A DNA stretch of 32,000 nucleotides from Candidatus Heimdallarchaeota archaeon B3_Heim (GCA_003144275.1 NJBF01000004.1:90001-122000), one strand, 5' to 3'. Positions 9,770-18,272 are shown, counted from the first letter of the stretch. Numbers and translations: made by a program. The notes: a model not told the origin generated them from the sequence alone.

Positions 9770-11032
9770 TTACTCTGGCTTACTAAACGAATATTGACGA
9801 TCAAAATCTCCCGAGAGAATCTCATCATGAGCTAGGCGACCGATTTCGGAGTGAACTTGGGGAAAAAGGGGAACAGGCTTTTCTGATGACCAGGGTGTAC
9901 CAGGTAGTGGCATGAAATAATGTAACCGAACGCGGGCTTTTCTTCCAAGGTCGCGCATCACTTCAAGCGTATCCCATTGATCTTGCTCAGTTTCTGAAGG
10001 AGTTCCGAGAATGAAATCAAAGACAGGCGTATAGCCCTGAGAAGTTAGCAGATCGTACGCACGCATTCCTGCGTCTACGGTGTGTCCACGACGCATATCA
10101 TGAAGGATTTTATCAGAACCACTTTGAAATCCAACTGAAATTTGAGTATTATCGACCGAGGAAAAGATAGAAACAATATCTTCTGTGATATATTCGGGTC
10201 TAACTTCAGAGGGAAAGGTTCCTAAAAATAACCGAACATCATACTGACGAATCTGCTGAACTAATTCCTTGAGTATGGGGATATTCGGGATCCCTCGTTT
10301 TTTCTCCATGTAACCTAATGAATTTGGTGCAATAAATCGTATATCCACCTGTTTTTTCAATGGATGAAAATACTCGTAATAATGCTCAATTATCTTTAAG
10401 ATGGCATCTATAGATCGAAACTTTGGATTTCCATACATATATGGTACTTGACAGAAACGACAACGAAACGCACAACCACGCATGATTTCAATGGGTGGGT
10501 GAAGAGGAAAAGGTTCATGAACCGAATAAGGACAATAATGATTAAGATCAATACGTGGACGTGCGGAAGTTTGTACCAAATCATCATTTGTATCCAGATA
10601 CCCAATACCTGGAATGGTAAGTGGATGATGGAGAGAAAAATGTTGTTTACTTAACGAGTGTATGAGTTCAGGAAAAGTTACCTCTCCTTCACCAATTACA
10701 ACGAAATTTGCACCCATTTTCAGAATCTCAAGGGGGTTTCCTGAAGCATGAGGGCCTCCGATAACTGAGATCACTTCTGTAGAGGAAAAATTGTCATTTA
10801 AACTCTTTAATCGAGTTTTCAACTCTGAAAGAGTCATATTTCGTGAAGATTCTCCATAAATTACCCTATATCCCTTGGAAGTCCAATTTTCAATCGTTTT
10901 AGTAACTTCCCCCTTGATAACTTCAAATGGAATATTATGCTGAGAAAGACTTGCTGATATTGCTCCAAAAGCATACCAAGTGATTTTATCCCAATAAAGT
11001 AAAACGACATACTTATTGACATCTTTTAACAT
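9770..11032 (-). CDS. B12-binding domain radical SAM protein (MJ1487/TIGR04013-like)
   Basis: N-terminal cobalamin-binding region (IGGPHASG...VVIGEGE); CxxxCxxC in EIMRGCAFRCRFCQ; FPSEVRPE, QSGSD and FMPLPGTP motifs. Confidence 0.85.
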   Translation of the reverse strand: MLKDVNKYVVLLYWDKITWYAFGAISASLSQHNIPFEVIKGEVTKTIENWTSKGYRVIYGESSRNMTLSELKTRLKSLNDNFSSTEVISVIGGPHASGNPLEILKMGANFVVIGEGEVTFPELIHSLSKQHFSLHHPLTIPGIGYLDTNDDLVQTSARPRIDLNHYCPYSVHEPFPLHPPIEIMRGCAFRCRFCQVPYMYGNPKFRSIDAILKIIEHYYEYFHPLKKQVDIRFIAPNSLGYMEKKRGIPNIPILKELVQQIRQYDVRLFLGTFPSEVRPEYITEDIVSIFSSVDNTQISVGFQSGSDKILHDMRRGHTVDAGMRAYDLLTSQGYTPVFDFILGTPSETEQDQWDTLEVMRDLGRKARVRLHYFMPLPGTPWSSEKPVPLFPQVHSEIGRLAHDEILSGDFDRQYSFSKPE

Positions 11033-11076
11033 AGAAAAAAGCCCTTGTATAAATATAATTAAAGAAAAGTAAGGAA

Positions 11077-11233
11077 TCCCTTGGCCGTGATTCGAACACG
11101 GGACAACTCGGTGACTACCCTGACTAACAACCTCATCATCGATTACTCAAAGGTGTGACTTTTGCCTACAGCCGAGGGCTCATTAGACTAGGGCTCTACA
11201 CGAGCCATAGTTTCCAGGCTGAGCTACCAAGGG
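11077..11233 (-). tRNA. trnY: tRNA-Tyr(GTA) with two introns: canonical 37/38 intron (11113-11165, 53 nt) and D-loop intron (about 11182-11210, about 29 nt)
   Basis: Acceptor CCCTTGG/CCAAGGG plus A73 (C1:G72, the archaeal Tyr identity); D stem GCTC/GAGC; anticodon stem CTCGG/CCGAG; loop CTGTAG^A with anticodon at 11167-11169; T arm CCGTG-TTCGAAT-CACGG; no encoded CCA. Confidence 0.92.
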
Positions 11234-11539
11234 AAAGGATTCATCTAGTGATTTTAAGATCTGGTTCTGATAAGGATATTTCTCCTATTTTCCAAATCTC
11301 ACCATGAGACACGATAAAAGAATATTTTATATTCATTCTGTAGTTATCAAATTTAATTTTTTAGGTTTGAATCTCTTAGCATTGTCGGATATAAACGAGA
11401 ACTCCACCTATAATGTTTCCAGGGATCTTTTCCGGATTAATATCTGTTGATAAAGGACTGTTTCATAATGAGAACTTGATTCTTGGGTGTATAAAAATAA
11501 TTAAAACTATTAACTATAACCTTCTATTCTAATTAAGAG

Positions 11540-12397
11540 TTGAAACTAGAACTGAAACATATTTATGCTGAGAGAGACACCTGGAGAAGGGTGTATCATG
11601 ATCTTAGCCAAAAAGGATATACACATAAAAAACTTAAAGAAACATTTGGCACGACTTTATATCACCAACGATTTGTTGGTTATGGGTTGACTAAGGAGAA
11701 GTTTGCTAAATTACAAGAAATTCTTGAGTATCAGATACCGACAATTCCAAATCCACATGGGATCAAACCTAAATTCCTTGAAAAAAATGAAAAATTAGCT
11801 GAACTGATTGGAATAATCCTTGGAGATGGTGGAATGTCGAAAAACTCAATTGTTATTTCGATACATTCGGAAAATAAAGAATACATAAGAAAGGTAACAA
11901 TTCTAATTAATGATGTATTTTCCTATGCGCCAAAATACCATAAGCGGAAAAATAAGAATGTCATCGATGTGAAAGTCCACTCGCAAGGAATTGTGCTTTC
12001 ATTATTAAATCTAGGTTTAGATACAGGAAATAAGGTGAAAAAACAAGTAAATATCCCTAAATGGATTAAAAAAAATGATTCTTTTTTTATTGCTTGTGTA
12101 AGAGGATTAATTGATACGGATGGATATATTGGAAAATATGTAAAGAAAAGAGGTAAATATACTTGGTTTCAATATCATGTTGGTTTTGATAATTATTCTC
12201 TTAACTTGCTTAGCGATTTCGTTGAATTTTGCAATCGTTTCGATATCCCAGTATCACGCACTAGTAAGTACAAAGTAATCATTGGAAGTAGGAGAGGAGT
12301 ATTAAGAATCTTGAAGATTACACAGCCTTTCAAACTAAAAAACATAAAGTTTGACCTCAATGAATTGGGAAAACACTTGGCCAATATTCCTTCATGA
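11540..12397 (+). CDS. Free-standing two-motif LAGLIDADG (DOD/intein-type) homing endonuclease
   Basis: Motifs LAELIGIILGDGG and CVRGLIDTDGYI; Lys-rich; about 80 aa N-terminal extension; no intein splicing residues; TTG start with an in-frame TAA two codons upstream. Confidence 0.88.
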   Translation: MKLELKHIYAERDTWRRVYHDLSQKGYTHKKLKETFGTTLYHQRFVGYGLTKEKFAKLQEILEYQIPTIPNPHGIKPKFLEKNEKLAELIGIILGDGGMSKNSIVISIHSENKEYIRKVTILINDVFSYAPKYHKRKNKNVIDVKVHSQGIVLSLLNLGLDTGNKVKKQVNIPKWIKKNDSFFIACVRGLIDTDGYIGKYVKKRGKYTWFQYHVGFDNYSLNLLSDFVEFCNRFDIPVSRTSKYKVIIGSRRGVLRILKITQPFKLKNIKFDLNELGKHLANIPS

Positions 12398-12443
12398 ACT
12401 AAATAGCTACTCATCTTGTGTTTGCATTTCTAATATTGTTTTA

Positions 12444-12502
12444 AGGGTTCATTAGACTATGATTCTACTCAAGCCACAGCTTTCAGGTTGAGCTACCAAG
12501 GG
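12444..12502 (-). pseudogene. Decayed direct copy of the tRNA-Tyr 5' half including the D-loop intron
   Basis: Ungapped alignment to 11175-11233: 49/59 identical. G15, G19 and G24 are changed to A; similarity stops at the start of the anticodon stem; no anticodon loop, T arm or 3' acceptor strand nearby. Confidence 0.85.
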
Positions 12503-12605
12503 GAAAGCACGAATTACTAGTCAAACAGGCGGCAGAATGAATCTATATAGAGATTCACATGACCTCAGAGGTAGAAAAGAATGAAAATTCTATCTTGAGA
12601 AGCAG

Positions 12606-13010
12606 TTATTCTTGAGAAGTTTGGGCTTCCAAGAGGATTTCTATTTTATCGAGACGCTTGTTGATTTTTTGTAAGGAAGTCATAATCAGTTGAAGACGTC
12701 GATCGACAGCAGAAGCGTCACCTGTTGTTTCGAATTCTTGGGGTACAAGCGATTTGCCTTCGGCTAATCCCGCATTTTTGTATAGTTCCCCTGCAACTTG
12801 AGCTAGTAATGCTTTTGGTACTTGATGCTCGATGTCTGCTTCTTTACAGGCTAATTTCAGACCAGTTTCAACGACCGCCTCTGATAAGTGCTCGCCTAAG
12901 TCAACAGAAGTAGCTACATCGCCACGAAATATAAGTTCAACGACAGGATTCCCTTCTCTTTTTGTTAAACGGGCTTTAAAGGCCATTCCTGGAATATTTG
13001 CTTCGGGCAT
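12606..13010 (-). CDS. Hypothetical protein with C-terminal coiled coil
   Basis: GAGGA SD before ATG; heptad-like VDRRLQLIMTSLQKINKRLDKIEILLE. Confidence 0.7.
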   Translation of the reverse strand: MPEANIPGMAFKARLTKREGNPVVELIFRGDVATSVDLGEHLSEAVVETGLKLACKEADIEHQVPKALLAQVAGELYKNAGLAEGKSLVPQEFETTGDASAVDRRLQLIMTSLQKINKRLDKIEILLEAQTSQE

Positions 13011-13138
13011 TAGATTTTTCCTCGTAAAAGTGTATTCAATAGTTTAGAATAATAGGTGAATCGGAAAGTGATATACACTTTCTAGTAATTCAATGCGCAT
13101 TAATAATCATATGTAAATTCAGATGTGGGAATGGAAGT

Positions 13139-13495
13139 CTAACCACCGAACATATCTTTAATTCCACGGCGAATCGAATCAAGGAAAGATAACCCATTCA
13201 TCATTAAGCGTTGGATCTCCAGTAAATATCGTCTACGGGAAAGAGTTTCTTGAAATACTAAGTATAATATACCGACATTACTGATAGCCGCAAAACCAAC
13301 GATTAATCGTACAAAAATCAAGTTTTCATTACTTTCAAACGCAAAAAGTAGAATAGATGCCACAATCAATAATATAGTTGAGATAGCCAACAATAATGTT
13401 GCTACTAGCCAGAAAAGATATTCGTGTTCGAGCTGTCGTACTTCTCCACGTCCTGAATCTAAAAATTTTCGAATAGAAGGGGGAATAGCTGATAT
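13139..13495 (-). CDS. Small 2-TM membrane protein, probably starting at a non-canonical ATA (13495) or CTG (13498)
   Basis: Frame is open 34-35 codons upstream of the listed TTG (13393), up to TAA at 13499-13501. SD GAGGTG lies 6 nt before ATA. Confidence 0.6.
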   Translation of the reverse strand: MSAIPPSIRKFLDSGRGEVRQLEHEYLFWLVATLLLAISTILLIVASILLFAFESNENLIFVRLIVGFAAISNVGILYLVFQETLSRRRYLLEIQRLMMNGLSFLDSIRRGIKDMFGG

Positions 13496-13544
13496 CAGTT
13501 ACACCTCTCACGATACAACTCTTGAGTCCTCATAGAATGCCAGA

Positions 13545-14354
13545 TTAATTAACACTTCTACTTTCTGCTTCTGATTGAAGATCAGGTATAATATACTTTA
13601 ATCCAGTCGAGGCATCTCGTCCGACTATTACTTTCACACCATACGCATCAAGGATAGATTCTACATTAATCACATCATCAGGAGATCCAAGAACTCGAAT
13701 CTGTCCATTTTTCAAGATTATGAGGCTATCACAATATTGGGCAGCAAGAGCAAGGTCGTGCAGTACAAGTATCACTCCAATCTGTTTGGTATGACATACT
13801 TCTTTACATAACTCCATAATTTTGTACTGCATATTGATGTCAAGATGGAGCGTTGGTTCATCAAGACAGAGAATTTTTGGATCCTGTGCAAGACCTAGTG
13901 CAATAGTCACGAGTTGTTTTTCCCCTCCACTGAGCTCACTAACATCTCTATTCACAAGATGAGTTATTCCCACTCGCTCCAATGCTGAATTCACAATTTG
14001 ATAGTCCGTTTCTGACTCTCGTTGATATACCCCCAAATGTGGATATCGCCCCATAAGAACGGTTTCAAATACTGTAAATCCTGCAGTAAAACTACTAATT
14101 TGTGGGACAACTGAAAGTATTCGTGCAAGTTCTTTCCTTTTATATTGGGTTATTTCCTTGTCGTTGATATGAATAGAACCCTGATCCACTTTTAATATAC
14201 CAGCAATACACCGCAAAAGCGTGGTTTTTCCAGAGCCATTAGGCCCAATAATTCCAATAATCTGCCCTGGACCTGCATTAAATGTGATGCTATCGAGGAT
14301 TTTTACGTCTTCATACTGAAAAGACACCTTTTCAACCTTTATTTCCATTTTCAT
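13545..14354 (-). CDS. Cobalamin/iron-siderophore ABC transporter ATP-binding subunit (BtuD/FepC-like)
   Basis: GPNGSGKTT, LSGGEKQ, CLDEPTLHLD, VLHDL. Confidence 0.92.
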   Translation of the reverse strand: MKMEIKVEKVSFQYEDVKILDSITFNAGPGQIIGIIGPNGSGKTTLLRCIAGILKVDQGSIHINDKEITQYKRKELARILSVVPQISSFTAGFTVFETVLMGRYPHLGVYQRESETDYQIVNSALERVGITHLVNRDVSELSGGEKQLVTIALGLAQDPKILCLDEPTLHLDINMQYKIMELCKEVCHTKQIGVILVLHDLALAAQYCDSLIILKNGQIRVLGSPDDVINVESILDAYGVKVIVGRDASTGLKYIIPDLQSEAESRSVN

Positions 14355-14361
14355 TCCTCGT

Positions 14362-15516
14362 TCAGTATCCTGTCTTCTTGTATTTTCTTAAAAGATAAAG
14401 AAAAAATGGTGCACCACAAAAAGCAGTTATTATTCCAACAGGCAGCTCAGTTGGATAAATGATAGTTTTTGCAACAACATCTGCTAAAATCAAAAAGCTT
14501 GCACCACTTAGAGCGGAAACAGGAAGCAAAATTCGATGGTCAGGCCCCGTAATCAATCGAACCAAATGTGGAATAATCAGCCCAACGAAACCAATAACTC
14601 CTGTAAAGGCAACAGAAATTGCAGTCATTAAAGTAGCTAAGACTAATAATAATTGTCGAAGTTTTTGTACATCTAATCCACGAAATTGTGCAGATTCTTC
14701 ACCTAACAATAATAAATTTAAGGGTCGCGATAATAAAAGGCAAAGAAAACAGGAGGGGATAATAACCATGGCTGCAATAAGCACAGAATCCCAATCCCCT
14801 TCAACTAATGATAAACCGCCCATTAACCAGAAAACAATAGGTCGTAAATGTTCTCCTGAAATATATGTCAAAAAAGATGTGATTGCAGTCATGAAAGATC
14901 CAACTGTAATTCCCGACAGAAGTAAGGTATCAACACTAATTGTACCACGAATATTTGAAATGTAATACACTATCGTAATTGTAATTAGCGCCCCACCAAA
15001 TGCAAAAATAGGAAGAGTGTAGCCTGCTAAGAAGAATAGCGATCCACCAGCAACTATGGCGATTGAAGCTCCAACCGAGGCCCCAGATGCCAAACCAATG
15101 ATATACGGATCAGCCATAGGATTCCGAAAAAGCGCTTGCATTACCGTTCCTGCAACAGCTAATGCCATTCCAGCAAAAGCACCCATAATAACCCTTGGAA
15201 GACGAATATCCCAGATAATCACTTTTGAAATATCTGTACTGCCACTTATGGGGATATTCAAGAATTCGAGTAAAGGACGAATAATATTTTTCCCAATTTC
15301 TCGCAGTACATCAAAAATACTAAAAATTCTTGTACTTGCTGGACCAAATGGACCAGCAGATCCAAACATAATTGCAAAGACTATACTAAAAACAAGTCCT
15401 AATGAACTTGCAGTTATCATCAAAGTCCAGTATAATCTCCTTCGTTGATATCGCTCAAGGGACGTATGAAGAATAGTATCGTCTGTTCCTTTTTGCAGGT
15501 TCTGCGACATCTTCAT
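14362..15516 (-). CDS. FecCD/BtuC-family ABC permease
   Basis: IRLPRV, QALFRNPMADPYIIG, GVIGFVGLIIPH, ELPVGIITA. Confidence 0.93.
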   Translation of the reverse strand: MKMSQNLQKGTDDTILHTSLERYQRRRLYWTLMITASSLGLVFSIVFAIMFGSAGPFGPASTRIFSIFDVLREIGKNIIRPLLEFLNIPISGSTDISKVIIWDIRLPRVIMGAFAGMALAVAGTVMQALFRNPMADPYIIGLASGASVGASIAIVAGGSLFFLAGYTLPIFAFGGALITITIVYYISNIRGTISVDTLLLSGITVGSFMTAITSFLTYISGEHLRPIVFWLMGGLSLVEGDWDSVLIAAMVIIPSCFLCLLLSRPLNLLLLGEESAQFRGLDVQKLRQLLLVLATLMTAISVAFTGVIGFVGLIIPHLVRLITGPDHRILLPVSALSGASFLILADVVAKTIIYPTELPVGIITAFCGAPFFLYLLRKYKKTGY

Positions 15517-15535
15517 AATCTCCTAGTCCCCTCTA

Positions 15536-16633
15536 CTATGAATGAACACGTCTAAATATTATGACAGCCAGTACAGGAATTATCCCCATGATATCGAACA
15601 TGTGAAAGGTGACTATATCCTTGGTACTTGGAGATATCGTCATTGTAGTAGTATTTGATGTACTTAGAGTGGTTGAAGTACTCAGAGTTTTTGATTTAAC
15701 CTCATCCTGTACCTTGGAATGAATAGCTTCGAGCCCATCAATAATCCTAGGCCCACCTCGTGACACCCAGTCTTCATTAATAGGAAAAATCATCCCATTT
15801 TTGACTGCACTAATTGCTTCCCAGCCCACTCTTGCAGTTATTGATGAGGTATTTGTTGTTGTCCAAGATCCCTTGGTATAAAATATGATATCGGGATTAT
15901 TAATTATAATAAATTCATGGTCAACTTGTGGGTAAAGGCCTGTAGCGTTCTCAGCTATATTGATAGCACCCGCGAGCTCAATTAAATCATGACCATAAGT
16001 CCCTTTTCCAAAAGTATAGAGAGGATCTGATGCAAATTCAAGATAAATCTTGGGTTGATAGGTGAAGGATGAAGCATTCAACAGTACAGAGTCCAGTCGA
16101 GTTCTTAATGAATTTTTGAGTAGTGTTGCTTCAGTTGTATGATTGGTTATTTGTCCTACTTTTACGATGTCATCAAAAACATCTTCTAGAGTAAAAGGAG
16201 CCAAGATAAAGACTTGAATACCTTGGTTCTCCATCGCCGTCACATCATCATTGCTGGTGATCCCTGCTCCAAAAACCAAGTCAGGATTAAGTACAAGAAG
16301 TGCTTCCAAGTCAATAGCTGGAAAATTGGACACTTTGGGTAGTGATGCAGTTTCATTTGGAAAATTACTGCTGAAGTCAACAGCAATAACTTTATCACCA
16401 GCCCCAACGGCATATATTACTTCTGTTGTACTAGGGGCAATACTTACAATCTGTTGCGGTTCTTCAGTAAATGTCACGTTACGACCATAGCCATCGGTTA
16501 GAGTAAGCGGATAAGAAGCATTAGCTAGAGAAATTAATTTATTCTCATCTTCTATATTTGCTTTCACTATTGTTATACTGAGTGAAATGGTAAATGTTAA
16601 AATTAAAATATAATTAAAAGATCGATATCTCAT
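15536..16633 (-). CDS. BtuF-like (helical backbone) substrate-binding protein, probably for cobalamin
   Basis: YPLTLTDGYGRNVT..EPQQIVSIAPSTTE, LNPDLV, NPDII and RGGPRIIDG motifs; S/T linker plus C-terminal TM anchor. Confidence 0.88.
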   Translation of the reverse strand: MRYRSFNYILILTFTISLSITIVKANIEDENKLISLANASYPLTLTDGYGRNVTFTEEPQQIVSIAPSTTEVIYAVGAGDKVIAVDFSSNFPNETASLPKVSNFPAIDLEALLVLNPDLVFGAGITSNDDVTAMENQGIQVFILAPFTLEDVFDDIVKVGQITNHTTEATLLKNSLRTRLDSVLLNASSFTYQPKIYLEFASDPLYTFGKGTYGHDLIELAGAINIAENATGLYPQVDHEFIIINNPDIIFYTKGSWTTTNTSSITARVGWEAISAVKNGMIFPINEDWVSRGGPRIIDGLEAIHSKVQDEVKSKTLSTSTTLSTSNTTTMTISPSTKDIVTFHMFDIMGIIPVLAVIIFRRVHS

Positions 16634-16687
16634 ATATATCCCATAAACGGTAATTAATTGAATGTATTATCGTAAATTGTTTTTTAT

Positions 16688-16707
16688 TATAGGTGTAACT
16701 ACCTATA
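16688..16707. promoter_or_regulatory. Candidate operator palindrome TATAGGT-N6-ACCTATA upstream of the btuF-like gene
   Basis: Perfect 7-6-7 inverted repeat 55-74 nt upstream of the ATG, immediately downstream (minus strand) of a TTTTAAAA TATA-like box. Confidence 0.5.
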
Positions 16708-16990
16708 GATTTTAAAATAAATTACAATGATTAATGGTATTTCATTGTCTCTTCCATGTTCTAACTAGTAATAGCAATTTAACCTTATTGTATGTCAAGA
16801 AAGTATGAAATTAGTTTTATTTAATCTAAAATTTGCTATTATTAATTGATAATACTTTAACATGGTGAATAAGAAGGTAACCATTCTAGAAAGGGGAAAA
16901 AAAAGTAAGAAGAGAGAATTTAGACCATGATAGCTAAGGAAACACACATTATTAATTGGAATCTGTATATAGAAAGGATTATTTGTGAAT

Positions 16991-18154
16991 CTAAATACCA
17001 GCTTCTTCTCGTAAAATTGATGCCATATCAGTTTTCTCCCAGGTAAAATCAGGATCGTCTCGACCGAAATGGCCATAGGCCGCTGTTTTGGTATAAATAG
17101 GCCGTTTAAGTTCCAATCTTTGAATAATCATTCCTGGACGAAAATCAAAATGCTTCTGGATAAGCTTTAGTATCTCCTTCTCTGGTACATTACTAGTACC
17201 TCTTGTGTCCAGATTGATAGATAATGGTTTAGCTACTCCAATACTATACGCAATTTGAATTTCACATTCAGCCGCTAAACCTGCAGCTACAATATTTTTA
17301 GCAGTCCATCTTGCTGCATAGGAACCTGATCGATCAACCTTTGATGGATCTTTGCCTGAAAAACAACCTCCACCGTGAGAACCAACACCACCATAAGTAT
17401 CTACAATAATTTTGCGTCCAGTAAGGCCAGTATCACCATGAGGGCCACCGATTACAAAACGACCTGTTTCGTTCACGAAAAATTTAGTTTCTTTTGTAAG
17501 ATATTCGTCAGAAATGACTTTTTTAATAATTTTACCTATAATTTCATCTTTGATTTCCTTATGAGAAACTTCATCTGAATGCTGGGCCGCAATTACCACA
17601 CTAGAAACAGCTACAGGCTTACCATTATCATATCTAACAGTAACCTGAGATTTCCCATCGGGTCGCAACCATGAGATCTCTTTTTTCTTCCTAGCTTCCG
17701 TAAGTTTTTGAGTAAGAGCATGAGCAAGTGTTATTGGAATTGGCATTAATTGTTCAGTTTCACGACAGGCGTAACCAAACATCATTCCCTGATCACCTGC
17801 TCCTTGGTTTTCTGGATTATTCCTCTCAATACCTTGTGCAATATCAGTGCTTTGTTTATTAATTGCATTTAAAATAGCTACAGAATTGTAATCGAAGCCC
17901 ATTCGAGAATTTGTGTAACCTATCTCCTTAATTTTCTTCCGGACTATTTTTTGAATATCAACGTAGGTCTTAGTGGAGATTTCACCTCCAATTATTGCCA
18001 TACCTGTTGTTAAGAACGTTTCACAGGCTACATGTCCATCAGGATCTTTAGCTAAGACTGCATCAAGTACTACATCCGAAATCTGATCAGCCATTTTATC
18101 TGGATGACCCTCTGTGACGGACTCTGAACTAAATAAATGTCGTGTTGAAACCAT
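16991..18154 (-). CDS. metK: S-adenosylmethionine synthetase, bacterial/eukaryotic type
   Basis: [39 protein letters not shown]. Confidence 0.97.
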   Translation of the reverse strand: MVSTRHLFSSESVTEGHPDKMADQISDVVLDAVLAKDPDGHVACETFLTTGMAIIGGEISTKTYVDIQKIVRKKIKEIGYTNSRMGFDYNSVAILNAINKQSTDIAQGIERNNPENQGAGDQGMMFGYACRETEQLMPIPITLAHALTQKLTEARKKKEISWLRPDGKSQVTVRYDNGKPVAVSSVVIAAQHSDEVSHKEIKDEIIGKIIKKVISDEYLTKETKFFVNETGRFVIGGPHGDTGLTGRKIIVDTYGGVGSHGGGCFSGKDPSKVDRSGSYAARWTAKNIVAAGLAAECEIQIAYSIGVAKPLSINLDTRGTSNVPEKEILKLIQKHFDFRPGMIIQRLELKRPIYTKTAAYGHFGRDDPDFTWEKTDMASILREEAGI

Positions 18155-18272
18155 TTTGCATTCCTTCTTTTTATTATTCTAATTACCAATATTTCATTCA
18201 ATGTTGTTTTGGGATTTATTTTATCTTAATTTTCTGTGAAGATTTATCTAATATCTGAGCCATTTGAGCTGA

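Larger units (their letters stand above)
11175..12502. mobile_element. Putative tRNA-targeting homing endonuclease cassette bounded by direct tRNA 5'-half repeats
   Basis: Direct repeats 11175-11233 and 12444-12502 enclose only about 300 nt of AT-rich spacer and the LAGLIDADG gene; no integrase or transposase inside. Confidence 0.55.

Noticed and set aside
11340-11470. Possible gene remnant in the spacer between tRNA and endonuclease
   Set aside because: Only stop-bounded fragments under 30 codons with no recognisable motif.
11540-12397. LAGLIDADG gene as an intein, or as an ORF inside a giant tRNA intron
   Set aside because: No N-terminal Cys/Ser or C-terminal His-Asn and no host extein. 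The gene is antisense to the tRNA, and the upstream half's CTTAA cannot pair with the CCGAG 3' anticodon strand.
12405-12443. Possible extension of the repeat into the anticodon intron (tactca...gtg...tttgc)
   Set aside because: Only short matches with inconsistent spacing in AT-rich DNA; not distinguishable from chance by eye.
12444-12502. Functional split-tRNA 5' half
   Set aside because: Invariant G15/G19 are lost, there is a D-stem mismatch, no anticodon, and no visible complementary leader for trans-splicing.
16634-16990. Cobalamin riboswitch upstream of the btuF-like gene
   Set aside because: Region is very AT-rich and I see no conserved GGGAA/GCCACTG-type core or stable multi-stem structure. 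An Rfam scan would be decisive.
16795-17076. 93-aa minus-strand ORF overlapping the metK 3' end
   Set aside because: Overlaps metK in another frame and runs through low-complexity AT-rich spacer; no motif.
18155-18272. SAM riboswitch upstream of metK
   Set aside because: Only 118 nt, AT-rich, and no recognisable SAM-I core.
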